Shown here: piece by piece, positions 1-12,368 of the stretch | Layout of the letters: each line of letters begins with the position of its first letter | Numbering within the stretch: position 1 is the first letter of the stretch | Position numbers and translations under genes: made by a program | The notes under the pieces: generated by a model | What the model was told of the DNA's origin: nothing | The model's database searches: none | Seen by the model: only the letters and a program-made list of their open reading frames with translations | Source: a bacterium | Lineage (GTDB): Bacteria > JAAXHH01 | Length of the DNA: 64,000 nucleotides | Assembly: GCA_965203885.1 (NCBI GenBank) | Contig: OZ241920.1 | Coordinates: 3,611,372-3,675,371 of the forward strand | Reading direction: 5' to 3'

Positions 1-403
1 GGGCGTGCAGCGCGATGGGGATGGTGTAGATGCCCAGCGCCTTGATGGGCTCGTCGAGATGGATCTTGCGCCGGTCGATGTCGTAGCCTTTTTCCTTCAG
101 CAGATCGGCGATGTGCTGCTGGGTGACGGAACCGAACATGCGGTCTTCCTCGCCGACCTGCACCACGGCGGTGAGCGAGACTTCCTCCAGGATCCCGGCG
201 AGTTCGGAGGCCTGTTCGACGGTCTTGGCTTCCAGGGCCAGTTGCTGCTTCAGTTTGCCTTGAAGCATCTTCAGGTTCCCGGGCGTCGCCGGAACGGCCT
301 TCTTCGTCAGCATCAGGTAGTTCCTGCCGTACCCGTTGGAAACGTCGACGATTTCACCGATGTTTCCAAGGTTGTGCACGGACTCGGTCAATATGAGCTT
401 CAC
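1..403 (-). CDS. rplI: 50S ribosomal protein L9 (3' end runs off window)
   Basis: Not in ORF track; manual translation from GTG 403 gives MKLILTESVHNLGNIGEIVDVSNGYGRNYL, the L9 N-terminal motif; follows rpsR. Confidence 0.95.
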   Translation of the reverse strand, partial: MKLILTESVHNLGNIGEIVDVSNGYGRNYLMLTKKAVPATPGNLKMLQGKLKQQLALEAKTVEQASELAGILEEVSLTAVVQVGEEDRMFGSVTQQHIADLLKEKGYDIDRRKIHLDEPIKALGIYTIPIALHA

Positions 404-417
404 GTCCGACTCCTCGG

Positions 418-651
418 CTACTTGTAGGTCTCTTCGATGAAGGGGAGCAGGCCGATGTGCCGGGCCCGCTTGACGGCCTTCGCCAGGCGCCGCTGGCACA
501 ACGCGCTCGCGCCTGAAATCCGGCTGGGCACGATCTTGCCCCGTTCGGTGACGAAGCGCTTGAGCTGCTTCGGGTCCTTGTAGTCGATGTTCTTGATGCG
601 GCCCGGTATGCGCTTCTGCTTTCTGCCCCTGGTCATCCTGGATTGGTTCAT
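418..651 (-). CDS. rpsR: 30S ribosomal protein S18
   Basis: IDYKD...[12 protein letters not shown]...[19 protein letters not shown]. Confidence 0.97.
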   Translation of the reverse strand: MNQSRMTRGRKQKRIPGRIKNIDYKDPKQLKRFVTERGKIVPSRISGASALCQRRLAKAVKRARHIGLLPFIEETYK

Positions 652-1037
652 GCTTCCGCTCCCGTTTTCTTTTCGGCCTGTTCCGCATTTTCCGCCTGCT
701 CGGCTTTCTCGGCCTGTTCCGCCCGTTCGTACACATGGGCCGGATGCTTCCTGACCCGCTTGGTCATGTGCCGGAGCACGCGTTCGTTCAACTTGAACGA
801 CCGGTCCAGCACGTCCACGAGGCCCGGTTCGCCTTCGAAACGGATCAGCGTGAAGTTCCCCTGGTGGGCGTCGTTGATCTCGTAGCTGAGTTTCCGGCTG
901 CCCCAGCGTTCCGTGTCGACGACCTCCCCCTGGTTCGACGCGATCAGCCCCTCGATGGCGGAGATCTCCTCCTCGAGCGGCGCTTCCTCGAGCTTCGAAT
1001 CGATAATCACCACTGTTTCATAGGACCGCACGTGCAT
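648..1037 (-). CDS. rpsF: 30S ribosomal protein S6
   Basis: YETVVII...[10 protein letters not shown] motif; AEQAEK-repeat tail; start could be a few codons later. Confidence 0.95.
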   Translation of the reverse strand: MHVRSYETVVIIDSKLEEAPLEEEISAIEGLIASNQGEVVDTERWGSRKLSYEINDAHQGNFTLIRFEGEPGLVDVLDRSFKLNERVLRHMTKRVRKHPAHVYERAEQAEKAEQAENAEQAEKKTGAEA

Positions 1038-1060
1038 TCCTCCCTGGTTGTATGCGGGTT

Positions 1061-1182
1061 CGCCAGTCCGGCTATTCCGTGTCGCCTGTCAGTCCGTGTC
1101 ACCTGACCGCCTGAATTGCCAGTCCGTCCGTATTGCCAGTTCGCCAGTTCGCCAGTCCGCCCGAATGGCCTGTCAGTCCGTG
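1061..1182. repeat. Degenerate short repeats copying the pth stop region
   Basis: gcctgtcagtccgtg at 1084 and 1168 (the second contains the pth stop); several gccagt(c/t)cg units. Confidence 0.7.
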
Positions 1183-1748
1183 AAAGAAGGACCGTTGTAC
1201 CGGCTCGCGGCCTGGTCCCAGCCGTCCCGTACGAACAACTCGAGCTGGTCGCAGGCCCGGTCGAGGACGATGGGCAGATCGCCGGCTTCTTCTTCTGTAA
1301 ATTCCTCCAGCACGTAATCGATGAGCGTGTCGGCGTCCCGGGGAACGTCGATTCCGATGCGCTGGCGGGCGAACGATTCCGTCCCCAGCGCGCCGATGAT
1401 GGACTCCAGGCCCCGGTGGCCGCCGTGACTTCCCGCCGCCCTGAGACGCAGCGTCCCGAAGGGCAGGTTGACGTCGTCGCAGACGATCACGATGCGATCG
1501 ACGCCGAGCTCGTAATGTGAAACCGCCTCCCGGACCGCGTGACCGCTGCGGTTCATGAAGGTCACCGGCTTGACCAGCGCCACGGGTAGTCCGGCGATCG
1601 TCGCAACGGCGCCGTGGAACCGGTCGCTTACCGGGGCGAGTTCCAGGTCGAGCCGCCGGAGCCAGGTTTCGATCACGTCGAATCCGGCGTTGTGGCGTGT
1701 GCCCACGTAACGGACGCCCGGATTGCCGAGGCCGATGAAGGCATGCAT
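1173..1748 (-). CDS. pth: Peptidyl-tRNA hydrolase
   Basis: GLGNPG, TRHNAGF, KPVTFMNRSG, GGHRGL motifs. Confidence 0.96.
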   Translation of the reverse strand: MHAFIGLGNPGVRYVGTRHNAGFDVIETWLRRLDLELAPVSDRFHGAVATIAGLPVALVKPVTFMNRSGHAVREAVSHYELGVDRIVIVCDDVNLPFGTLRLRAAGSHGGHRGLESIIGALGTESFARQRIGIDVPRDADTLIDYVLEEFTEEEAGDLPIVLDRACDQLELFVRDGWDQAASRYNGPSFTD

Positions 1749-1808
1749 GGACGGACCTTCAGGCCGCGAGGATCCGGAATCGCCATGCTGACACATAACC
1801 GGGCTGCC

Positions 1809-2474
1809 TTATTCTTCGTCCCCGTCTTCTTCCTCGCCCTCGCCGTCTTCCTGGGCCCTTCCGATGATTTCCGGCTCTTCCAGTTCTTCCTCTACTTCTT
1901 CTTCCTCCGGCTCCTCGGCCATCGGCGTGAGGACGGACACCACGGCGACCTCTCCGTCGGTCACGATTTCGACGTTCTCGAAGGTGAGATCACTGACGTG
2001 GATCGTTTCGCCCATGCCGAGGTTGGCGATGTCCACTTCCAGGTGCTCGGGAATCTCGGAAGCGACGCAGCTGATCTCGATCACCCGCAGGGACTGGTCC
2101 AGCACCCCGCCGTCTCTGATCACACCGACGGGCTCGCCGATCATCACGAGCGAGACCTCCGTGGTGATCTGGTCGCTCATCCTGATCTGCTGGAAATCGG
2201 CGTGCAGCAACTGGTTTCTCAGGTAGTCCCGCTGTATATCCCGCAGCAGGGCCTTCTTGTCTTCCATGCCCTCGATTTCCAGGTTGATGACGACGCTTTC
2301 GCCCCTGGTCTTCCGCAGGAATCCCTCGAATTCGCGGTAGTCGAGGACCAGCGGCGTAGAAGCTTCCCCGCTGCCGTAGACCACGGCGGGCAGCGCGCCG
2401 TCCCGCCGGAGCGCCTTGGCGACCTGCTTGCCGGTATCCGTCCGTTGACGGGCCTTTAACGATACCTGGTTCAT
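1809..2474 (-). CDS. rplY: 50S ribosomal protein L25/Ctc
   Basis: LRRDGALPAVVYG, HADF; acidic tail; prs-rplY-pth synteny. Confidence 0.95.
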   Translation of the reverse strand: MNQVSLKARQRTDTGKQVAKALRRDGALPAVVYGSGEASTPLVLDYREFEGFLRKTRGESVVINLEIEGMEDKKALLRDIQRDYLRNQLLHADFQQIRMSDQITTEVSLVMIGEPVGVIRDGGVLDQSLRVIEISCVASEIPEHLEVDIANLGMGETIHVSDLTFENVEIVTDGEVAVVSVLTPMAEEPEEEEVEEELEEPEIIGRAQEDGEGEEEDGDEE

Positions 2475-2563
2475 TTCCTTCTCCTGTGCGATGCCCGGTG
2501 TTCTGTTGCGGTCCGGCGCCGGCTACCGTTCACGTACCCGCGGCACCGGACGGATGACCTCGA

Positions 2564-2657
2564 TCAGGTCCGACCCGGCTCAGGTCCGACCCGACTCAGG
2601 TCCGGTCCTGCTCAGGTCTGACCCGGCTCAGGTCTGACCCGGCTCAGGTCTGATCCG
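2564..2657. repeat. 16-bp tandem repeat, about 6 copies, overlapping the prs stop
   Basis: tcaggtc(c/t)gacccggc units; last unit contains the prs TGA (2644-2646). Confidence 0.85.
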
Positions 2658-3597
2658 ACGATTCGAAGAGCGAACTGACGGATTTTTCTTCGTGTATACG
2701 CTTGATCGCCTCGCCGAACAGGGACGCGACGGACAGCTGTTCCAGTTTGCCGCTCTGCCGGTCCTCGTTCAGGCGTATCGTGTCCGAGACGATCAGGCTG
2801 TCCAGTACGGAATCCTCCACCTTCTGCACGGCGTTCCCGGAAAGCAAAGCGTGGGTGCAGGCCGCGTAAATCGTTTCCGCTCCGTTCTTCTTCAGGGCCT
2901 CGGCCGCTCCGGCCAGGCTACCCCCGGTGTCGATCATGTCGTCGCGGATGATCACGTTCTTCCCTTCCACTTCGCCGATCACGTTGACGACCTCGGACAC
3001 GTTGGGCCTCGGCCGCCGCTTGTCCACCAGCGCCAGGGGGCAGTTCAGCCGCCTGCCGTAGGACCGGGCCATGGCCATGCCCCCCGCGTCGGGGGAGGCG
3101 ATCACGAGGTCTTCCGACGTCCCCAGTTCCCTCAGGCGCCGCGTAAACACGGGCGCGGAATACAGATGATCCAGGGGGATGTCGAAGAACCCCTGGATCT
3201 GCGGCGCGTGCAGGTCCATCGTCAGTACGCGGTCCGCCCCGGCCGCGGCGATCAGGTTCGCGACGACCTTCGCCGAAATGGGCACCCGGGGCCCCGCCTT
3301 CCGGTCCTGCCGGGCATAGCCGTAATAGGGGATCACCGCGGTGGCCCTTCGCGCCGAAGCCCGCTTGGCCGCGTCCAGCAGCAACAGCAGCTCGAGGAGG
3401 TTCTCCGCCGGGGGGTTGGTCGACTGGACCACGAATACGTCGGTCCCCCGGATGTCCTCGTTGATGTGTATACGGATCTCTTCGTCGCTGAAGCGCGAAA
3501 CGGCGGCCTTGCCCAGGGATACGCCGAGATATTCGCAGATGTCGTTTGCAAGCGGTGCGTTTGAATTCCCACTCAGAATCTTCAAACCGACCGCCAT
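2644..3597 (-). CDS. prs: Ribose-phosphate pyrophosphokinase
   Basis: PYYGYARQDRK, DLHAPQIQGFF, DDMIDTGGS. Confidence 0.98.
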   Translation of the reverse strand: MAVGLKILSGNSNAPLANDICEYLGVSLGKAAVSRFSDEEIRIHINEDIRGTDVFVVQSTNPPAENLLELLLLLDAAKRASARRATAVIPYYGYARQDRKAGPRVPISAKVVANLIAAAGADRVLTMDLHAPQIQGFFDIPLDHLYSAPVFTRRLRELGTSEDLVIASPDAGGMAMARSYGRRLNCPLALVDKRRPRPNVSEVVNVIGEVEGKNVIIRDDMIDTGGSLAGAAEALKKNGAETIYAACTHALLSGNAVQKVEDSVLDSLIVSDTIRLNEDRQSGKLEQLSVASLFGEAIKRIHEEKSVSSLFESSDQT

Positions 3598-3642
3598 GCG
3601 CCGTCCTCCTCCATCGGTTGATTCAGGTCTCCGGATCCCCGG

Positions 3643-4518
3643 TCAGACCCCGGCGTCCCACCGGGATTTCGAGGAGACCGCGAAGACCCGCCAGGACGGT
3701 TCGACCCGTCCCCGCAGATCGTCCGCTATCCGTTCCGCCGACGCCCGTCCGTCCGCCAGTCCGAAGACCGACGGACCGCTGCCGGACATCAGTACGCCTT
3801 CCAGTCCGGCGTCCGCCAGCAGGCTCTTCGCCCTGTCGATTTCCGGGAAGGCCGCCCGGACCGCCGGTTCAAGGTCGTTGTGCAGGCAGGACGCCAGCCT
3901 GTCGACGTCTCCGGCCTGCATGACAGAAGAGATTAAGTTAATACACGTCCCGTCTTTTGTCAATTCCATTTTCCATCTGCCGTAGGCCCATCCGCTGGCC
4001 ACCTCGAGGGGCGGGCAGACCAGGACGTAGCTGCGTGAACCGGCGGCGTCCAGCCAGGCGACCTTTTCGCCCCGGCCGGTCGCCACCGCCGCGCCGCCGT
4101 AGAGGCAGAAGGGCACGTCGGATCCCAGTTCTCCGGCGAGGCCCATCAGTTCTTCCTGTCCCAATCCCAGCGACCAGAGCGCGTTGAGCGCGTGCAGCGT
4201 GGCGGCCGCGTTGCCGCTCCCGCCGGCGAGTCCCGCCGCCACCGGGATGCGCTTCTCGATGTGGATGCGCACGCCCCGGTCGCCGAGCCCGTACCGTTCC
4301 CGCACGAGTCCGGCCGCCCGGTGCGCCAGGTTGCGCCCGTCCGTCGGCACGGACGGGTCGGAGCACGTGACGGTCGTCCCCGCCGCCTGCCCGGTCACGT
4401 CCAGGCCGTCGGCCAGGTCCACGGTCTCCATCAGCGTGACGATCTCGTGGTAGCCGTCGGGCCGCTTGCCGAGGAGGTGAATGGCGAGGTTGATCTTGGC
4501 AAAGGAACGAAGGGTCAT
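3643..4518 (-). CDS. ispE: 4-diphosphocytidyl-2-C-methyl-D-erythritol kinase
   Basis: AKINLAI...RPDGYHE, KRIPVAAGLAGGS, LGSDVPF, MSGSG. Confidence 0.96.
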   Translation of the reverse strand: MTLRSFAKINLAIHLLGKRPDGYHEIVTLMETVDLADGLDVTGQAAGTTVTCSDPSVPTDGRNLAHRAAGLVRERYGLGDRGVRIHIEKRIPVAAGLAGGSGNAAATLHALNALWSLGLGQEELMGLAGELGSDVPFCLYGGAAVATGRGEKVAWLDAAGSRSYVLVCPPLEVASGWAYGRWKMELTKDGTCINLISSVMQAGDVDRLASCLHNDLEPAVRAAFPEIDRAKSLLADAGLEGVLMSGSGPSVFGLADGRASAERIADDLRGRVEPSWRVFAVSSKSRWDAGV

Positions 4519-4584
4519 TCGCCGTTCGCTACGGGGGACATGGTCTGCGTGACGACAAGGAACGAAGGGTCATTCGCCGTTCGC
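4502..4584. repeat. 28-bp direct duplication of the gmhA-stop/ispE-start junction
   Basis: aaggaacgaagggtcattcgccgttcgc at 4502-4529 and 4557-4584. Confidence 0.9.
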
Positions 4585-5136
4585 CACGCGGGCCGTGGTC
4601 TGGGTGATGATGATGTGGACGATGATCATGTGCATGTTTTCCGCCATGCCGTAGTCGTCGACGGGGACGTGGACCGAACGGTCGGCCATCTCTCTGAGCT
4701 TCCCGCCGTCGAACCCCGTCATCGCGGCCGTGACCATCCCGGCCGAGCGGGCGTATTCCATGGCGCGGACCACGTTGGGGCTGTTCCCCGAGGCGCTGAT
4801 GCCGATGACCACGTCGCCCGGCGCGCCCAGGTTGCGGAGCTGCTGCTCGAAGACCAGGTCGTAGTCGAAGTCGTTGGCCCAGGCCGTGACGTAGGGCAGG
4901 TTGTCGGTGAGGCTGTTGACCCGGAACCGGGGCTGGTCCTCCGTGCCGCGGAGCGTGCCCTTGCCCAGGTCCACGGCGAGGTGGGAAGCCGTGGCCGCGC
5001 TGCCGCCGTTACCGATGACGAAGACGCCCCGGCCGTCCTTCCGCGCGTCCATCAGGAGGTCGATGAGTGCCTGCACTTCACCGGGTTCGACCCGGCCCAG
5101 GACCTCGCCCGTCCATTCGAGGTATTCGCGGATCAT
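4570..5136 (-). CDS. gmhA: Phosphoheptose isomerase (SIS domain)
   Basis: GNGGSAATASH, TAWAND, ISASGNSPNV; start MIREYLEW overlaps the upstream stop. Confidence 0.85.
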   Translation of the reverse strand: MIREYLEWTGEVLGRVEPGEVQALIDLLMDARKDGRGVFVIGNGGSAATASHLAVDLGKGTLRGTEDQPRFRVNSLTDNLPYVTAWANDFDYDLVFEQQLRNLGAPGDVVIGISASGNSPNVVRAMEYARSAGMVTAAMTGFDGGKLREMADRSVHVPVDDYGMAENMHMIIVHIIITQTTARVANGE

Positions 5137-6119
5137 TTGGATAGCTGCCTCCGCATGTTGAAGATCACCTTGGTGCCGTCCCGCTCCAGGTTGAAAGGCA
5201 GTTCCCTGTAGTCGGACAGGGCTTCGCGCACCCGGGGCCGGGAGGCCCGGGGGCAGAACAGGAGCAGGAAACCGCCGCCGCCCGCGCCGCACACCTTGCC
5301 GCCCGTCGCGCCGGCGTCCCGCGCGCGCCGGTACATGGAATCGATCTCGGTATTGCTCACCAGGCCGGACATCCTGTGCTTCCACGTCCAGCCCCGGTCC
5401 AGCAGTTCGCCCATGCCGTCGATCCGGCCGGCCGTAAGGGCGCCCCGCACTCCTTGCGCCACGGACTTGATCTCTTGCACGAGGGCGAATTTATCGGACA
5501 TATTCGCTTTCTGCTCGCGCAGGATGGTCTCCGCCTTGCGCGTCTTGTTGGTGTAGAACAGCATCAGGCTGTCGCTCAGCCGTTCCGCGTGACCGTTGGC
5601 GAGGCCGAGGCGTTCCACCTCCACGCCGCCGGGCCGGAAGGTGAAACCGCGCAGCCCGCCGTAGGCCGCGATGTACTGGTCCTGCTTCCCGATGGGCTGT
5701 CCGCACCGGTCGATCTCGATCTCGCAGGCGTCCCGCGCAAGCTTCTCCGTGGGCTGCGGATTACCGCAATAGGTGTACAGGGCGTTCAACAGGCCCACGG
5801 TAATGCTGCTCGAGGACCCCAGGCCCGATCCTTCGGAGGGGATGTCCGTCAGCGTCGTGATCTCCACGCCCCGGCTCACGCCGGTGAGCCGCAGGGCCTC
5901 CCGGATCAGGTCGTGCTCGATCTCGTCGGGATGGTCGACGGCCTCCCTTTTCGAATAGTTGACGTATATACGGTCGTCGAATCGTTCATTGATGATGACG
6001 AAGATGTACTTGTCGATGGCCGCGCTGACGACCAGGCCGTCTTCCCGTTCGTAGAAATCGGCGAAATCCGTCAGTCCGCCCGCGAAGCTGATGCGCAGGG
6101 GCGTCTGGGTAATGATCAT
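5133..6119 (-). CDS. hddA: D-glycero-alpha-D-manno-heptose-7-phosphate kinase (GHMP)
   Basis: TPLRISFAGGLTD, GSGLGSSS, GKQDQY, GAGGGGF; adjacent to gmhA. Confidence 0.85.
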   Translation of the reverse strand: MIITQTPLRISFAGGLTDFADFYEREDGLVVSAAIDKYIFVIINERFDDRIYVNYSKREAVDHPDEIEHDLIREALRLTGVSRGVEITTLTDIPSEGSGLGSSSSITVGLLNALYTYCGNPQPTEKLARDACEIEIDRCGQPIGKQDQYIAAYGGLRGFTFRPGGVEVERLGLANGHAERLSDSLMLFYTNKTRKAETILREQKANMSDKFALVQEIKSVAQGVRGALTAGRIDGMGELLDRGWTWKHRMSGLVSNTEIDSMYRRARDAGATGGKVCGAGGGGFLLLFCPRASRPRVREALSDYRELPFNLERDGTKVIFNMRRQLSK

Positions 6120-7000
6120 GGGGCCCCGCCGATCGCTTCGGCGCCGCGGCCGGCCCGCCGCGCCAGGTAACCGTCCAGCGCGTCCTCCCACGGGGGCATC
6201 TCCGCGATGCCCAGGGCCCGGATCCGGCCGTTGTCCAGCACGGTGTACAGGGGACGGGCGGCCGGCGCGCCGTACGCTTCGGTGGTCGTTGGTCTCACGG
6301 CGGTTTCGATCCCCGTTTTCCGAAAGATGGTCCGCGCGAAGTCGAAGTAGGAGCACGCGCCGCCGCTGGTGACGTGGTACGTGCCGTACGCGTCGGTCGT
6401 GACGAGCTCGCCCAGGGCCCGGGCCAGGTCCGCCGTCGCCGTGGGCGACATCACCTGGTCGCTTACCACGGCCACCTCCCGCCGCTCCGTGCCCGCACGG
6501 ATCATGGCCTCGACGAAATTGTATCCCTTCCCGCCCCCGCCGCCATGGCCGAAAAGGCCGGTGGTCCGGATGATGAAATGACGGTCCCAGGTCGACCGCA
6601 CCAGGTGTTCCCCGGTTAGCTTGGCCGTGCCGTAGACGTTAAGCGGAAGGGGCAGGTCATCCTCCCGGTACGGCCGGTCCGCCGTGCCGTCGAAGACGAA
6701 ATTCGTGCTGACGTGCACCAGTTTCGCCCCGTACACGCGGCATGCCATGGCTAGATGCCAGGGACCGAAGGCATTGACGGCAAAGGTCCTGTCGGGATGG
6801 GACTCGCATTCGTCGACCCTGTGGTACGCCGCGGCGTTGATCACCGCGTCGGGCCGGTGGTCCTTCAGCCGGCCGTACACCCGGTGTTTTTCAGAGACGT
6901 CGAGTTCGTCGTGCGTGCACGGTATCAACTCGTGTCCCGTCAACGTACGCTGCAGGTCCGTTCCCAGTTGTCCGCGGGACCCGGTTATGAGTATGCGCAT
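6116..7000 (-). CDS. rfbD: dTDP-4-dehydrorhamnose reductase
   Basis: ITGSRGQLG, NAAAY, STNFVFDG, YGTAK, DQVMSPT, ARPLYTVLD. Confidence 0.92.
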   Translation of the reverse strand: MRILITGSRGQLGTDLQRTLTGHELIPCTHDELDVSEKHRVYGRLKDHRPDAVINAAAYHRVDECESHPDRTFAVNAFGPWHLAMACRVYGAKLVHVSTNFVFDGTADRPYREDDLPLPLNVYGTAKLTGEHLVRSTWDRHFIIRTTGLFGHGGGGGKGYNFVEAMIRAGTERREVAVVSDQVMSPTATADLARALGELVTTDAYGTYHVTSGGACSYFDFARTIFRKTGIETAVRPTTTEAYGAPAARPLYTVLDNGRIRALGIAEMPPWEDALDGYLARRAGRGAEAIGGAP

Positions 7001-7005
7001 TTGCG

Positions 7006-7101
7006 GCTCTGGTCGTTCATTTGCCCGAGGCGCTTCGCGGGCGCCCTGCGTCTGTTGCTCTGATCGTTCATTTGCCCGAGGCGTCCCGCGGGCGCCCTGC
7101 G
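7006..7101. repeat. Imperfect ~45-bp direct repeat x2 (period 51)
   Basis: gctctg(g/a)tcgttcatttgcccgaggcg...gggcgccctgcg between alaS and rfbD. Confidence 0.8.
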
Positions 7102-7193
7102 GCAGGTTTGCCCGTTGCCCGGGCGTCCGATGTATCCGGGATCCGGGTGGCCGTTGCCAGGGCCCCGGGCGGCCTCATCTGGCTGCCGGCCGG

Positions 7194-9811
<2,618 letters not shown>

Positions 9812-9815
<4 letters not shown>

Positions 9816-10468
9816 TTTCCGGACTCCTCTATCTCGTCCAGCACGCGATGGACGACCTGGTATATGACGGCCTGGCCGAACCCCCGCCTTCCCAGGAATG
9901 CGACCATGCGGCGGTGGGCCGCGTCGCGGTCGAGCCGGGCGTAACGATGGGCCTGCCGGCGCAGCGCCTCGTAGGCCCTGCCTGCTTCCTCTTCGCCGGA
10001 TGCACTTTCTTCGAGGGCGGCGTCGATGATCTCGGGGCCGATCCCCTTCTGCCGCAACTCGCGGCGCAGCAGGGAAAGGCCGACCGGCCTCTTGCGAAGC
10101 CGTTCGTCGATCCACTGGCGGGCGAAACGCCCGTCGTCGATCAGCCCCACCTTCTCGAGCCGGTCCAGCACCTCCTCGATGACGTCTTCCGTCCGGCCCC
10201 GGGACTTGAGTCTGACCGCCAGTTCGCGGCGGGTACGCATGCGATAGTCGATCAGCCGGTGGGCTTCCGCCATCGCCCGGGCGACGCCGTCGGCCCGTTC
10301 CATCTCCCGCAGCCGTTCCGGGTCCATCTCCTGGCCGTCCGCCGGCCCGAACCGGAGGAAGGTCTCTTCCGTGATCATCAGGGTGCGCTCGCCGTCGATG
10401 GTGACCTTGCGTTCCCGGCGCCTGCCGCCGCCCCTGGCGCTGATGTCTGTTATGGTCGGCATGCTCAT
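9812..10468 (-). CDS. recX: RecX regulatory protein
   Basis: RMRTRRELAVRL, GLIDDGRFA, ELRQKGI, FLGRRGF. Confidence 0.9.
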
Positions 10469-11019
10469 CCCAGTTCCACGTGGTCCATGACCGTGTAGAC
10501 CGGTCCGTCGGGTTTCAGGTCGCTCTTCACTACCGCCACGCGAGTCACCGGAAACGGATCGGTCTCGAAGGACGTCGTCCGGACCAGTTCGGTGAGTTTG
10601 GCCAGACCCTTCGGCGACCGGACCCTGCCGATGGTCAGGTGCGGCGAGAAGGGCCGCTCCTCGCGGACGAACCCGCGGCGGTGCAATTCGGATTCGATGC
10701 GCTGCTGCATGGCGGTCAGCCTGTCCCGGCCTTCATCGACGGAAACCCAGAAGACGCGCGGGCGGTTCAGGTCCGGAAAAGCGCCGGCGCGTCCCAGTTT
10801 CAGGTCGAAGGGGCTGGTGGCCTCGAGCGCGGCGGAGAGCCCTTCCCGGATCGCCGCCGGCTTGTCCGGCTCGATATTCCCGAGGAACTTCAGCGTGATG
10901 TGGATGTTACCCGGTTCGACCCACTTGATATCGGTACCGGCCCCTTTCAGCAGGTTTTCGAATTCCTCGATGCGGACTTTGACCGCATCCGGAACTTCCA
11001 CGGCAATGAACGTGCGCAT
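10465..11019 (-). CDS. thpR: RNA 2',3'-cyclic phosphodiesterase (2H family)
   Basis: MRTFIAV, HITLKFLG and PHLTIGR 2H motifs. Confidence 0.93.
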   Translation of the reverse strand: MRTFIAVEVPDAVKVRIEEFENLLKGAGTDIKWVEPGNIHITLKFLGNIEPDKPAAIREGLSAALEATSPFDLKLGRAGAFPDLNRPRVFWVSVDEGRDRLTAMQQRIESELHRRGFVREERPFSPHLTIGRVRSPKGLAKLTELVRTTSFETDPFPVTRVAVVKSDLKPDGPVYTVMDHVELG

Positions 11020-11108
11020 CTTCAGCCTTTCTACGGTCCCGGCGGGTGTTCAGTTCCCCGGAATCCGATTCGTACCCGTCGCGCGGGTGAGTACCTGCCG
11101 CGGCAGGT

Positions 11109-12368
11109 TCAGTGCGGCTTCATGCCGGCCGCGTGGGCAAGCGCCTGCCGCAGCAGGTTCAGTGCGGCCAGGGCGGCGCGCGTCTTGTTGACGAGCCGGT
11201 CCGGACCCAGCAGGAGCTTGCGCGTCTCGACGCCGTCCGCCGAGGCGAGTCCCAGGTAGACCAGTCCCACCGGCTTCTCGGGGGTCCCGCCGCCGGGTCC
11301 CGCGACGCCGGTCGTGGACAGTCCGTAGGTGGCGCCGCTGGTCTGCCGCACGCCCTGGGCCATGGCGGCCGCCGTTTCCGCGCTGACCGCGCCGTGCCGG
11401 TCGATCGTCCCGACCGGCACCTCCAGGCGCGCCATTTTCGCGGCGTTGCTATAGGATACGACGCCTTCCGCCAGGTAATCGGAACTGCCGGGCACGTCGG
11501 TCATGCGGGACGCCACGAGACCGCCGGTGCAGGATTCGGCGAGCGCCACGGTCGCGCCCGCGTCCCGGAGCAGGCGTCCCACCACTTCCTCGAGCGTATC
11601 GTCGTCCACGCCGTAGATGTGTTCGCCGGCCCGGGCGACCATCCTGGCTTCGACGGCTTCGATGCGCCGGCGGGCTTCGTCCCCGGTGGGGCCCTCGGCC
11701 GTGAGACGCAGGTTGACGCCGGTCTCCTGGGGCAGGGAGGCTATCTTTACGTCCTCCGCCTCCTCGATGACATCGCCGATGATCTGGGTAAGGCTCGACT
11801 CGCCGATTCCCGTCGTCCGGAGCCACCGGTGCAGGATGACCCTGCCCGCGCCTTGTTCTTTCAGTCGCGGCAGCACCTGTTCGTTCAGCATCTTTTTCAT
11901 CTCGCGGGGCACGCCCGGCATGACGAAAACGGCGGACCCGTGGTGGCGCACCATGAAGCCGGGCGCCGTGCCGACGGGATTGTCGAGCACCTCGGCGTGC
12001 CTGGGCATGTAGGCCTGGATGCGGTTCGATTCCGGCATGTCCATGCCCCGCTGGGTGAACATGCGCTCCACGGTCTCGAGGAGATCGGGATGGAAGACCA
12101 GGTCCTGTCCGATCGCCTCGGCGATGACGGTCTTGGTCACGTCGTCGTGAGTCGGACCGAGTCCGCCCGTGACGAGCACCGCGTCCGCCTGCCGGCACAC
12201 GGTCTCCAGGGCCTGGCCGATGCGGGACCCCTCGTCGCCCACGGTCATGGAACAGACCGGTTCGATACCGGTTTCCGTGAGGCGCTGCCCGATATAGGCG
12301 GCGTTGGTATCGACCACGGAACCGTAGAGCAGTTCGTCGCCGATCGTGATGATGGCGGCAGATTTCAT
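11109..12368 (-). CDS. cinA: Competence/damage-inducible protein CinA (MoCF + PncC domains)
   Basis: IGDELLYG, GGLGPTHDD, AESCTGG, GVAGPGG. Confidence 0.95.
   Translation of the reverse strand: MKSAAIITIGDELLYGSVVDTNAAYIGQRLTETGIEPVCSMTVGDEGSRIGQALETVCRQADAVLVTGGLGPTHDDVTKTVIAEAIGQDLVFHPDLLETVERMFTQRGMDMPESNRIQAYMPRHAEVLDNPVGTAPGFMVRHHGSAVFVMPGVPREMKKMLNEQVLPRLKEQGAGRVILHRWLRTTGIGESSLTQIIGDVIEEAEDVKIASLPQETGVNLRLTAEGPTGDEARRRIEAVEARMVARAGEHIYGVDDDTLEEVVGRLLRDAGATVALAESCTGGLVASRMTDVPGSSDYLAEGVVSYSNAAKMARLEVPVGTIDRHGAVSAETAAAMAQGVRQTSGATYGLSTTGVAGPGGGTPEKPVGLVYLGLASADGVETRKLLLGPDRLVNKTRAALAALNLLRQALAHAAGMKPH

Noticed and set aside
5-427. 140-aa plus-strand ORF
   Set aside because: Antisense to rplI.
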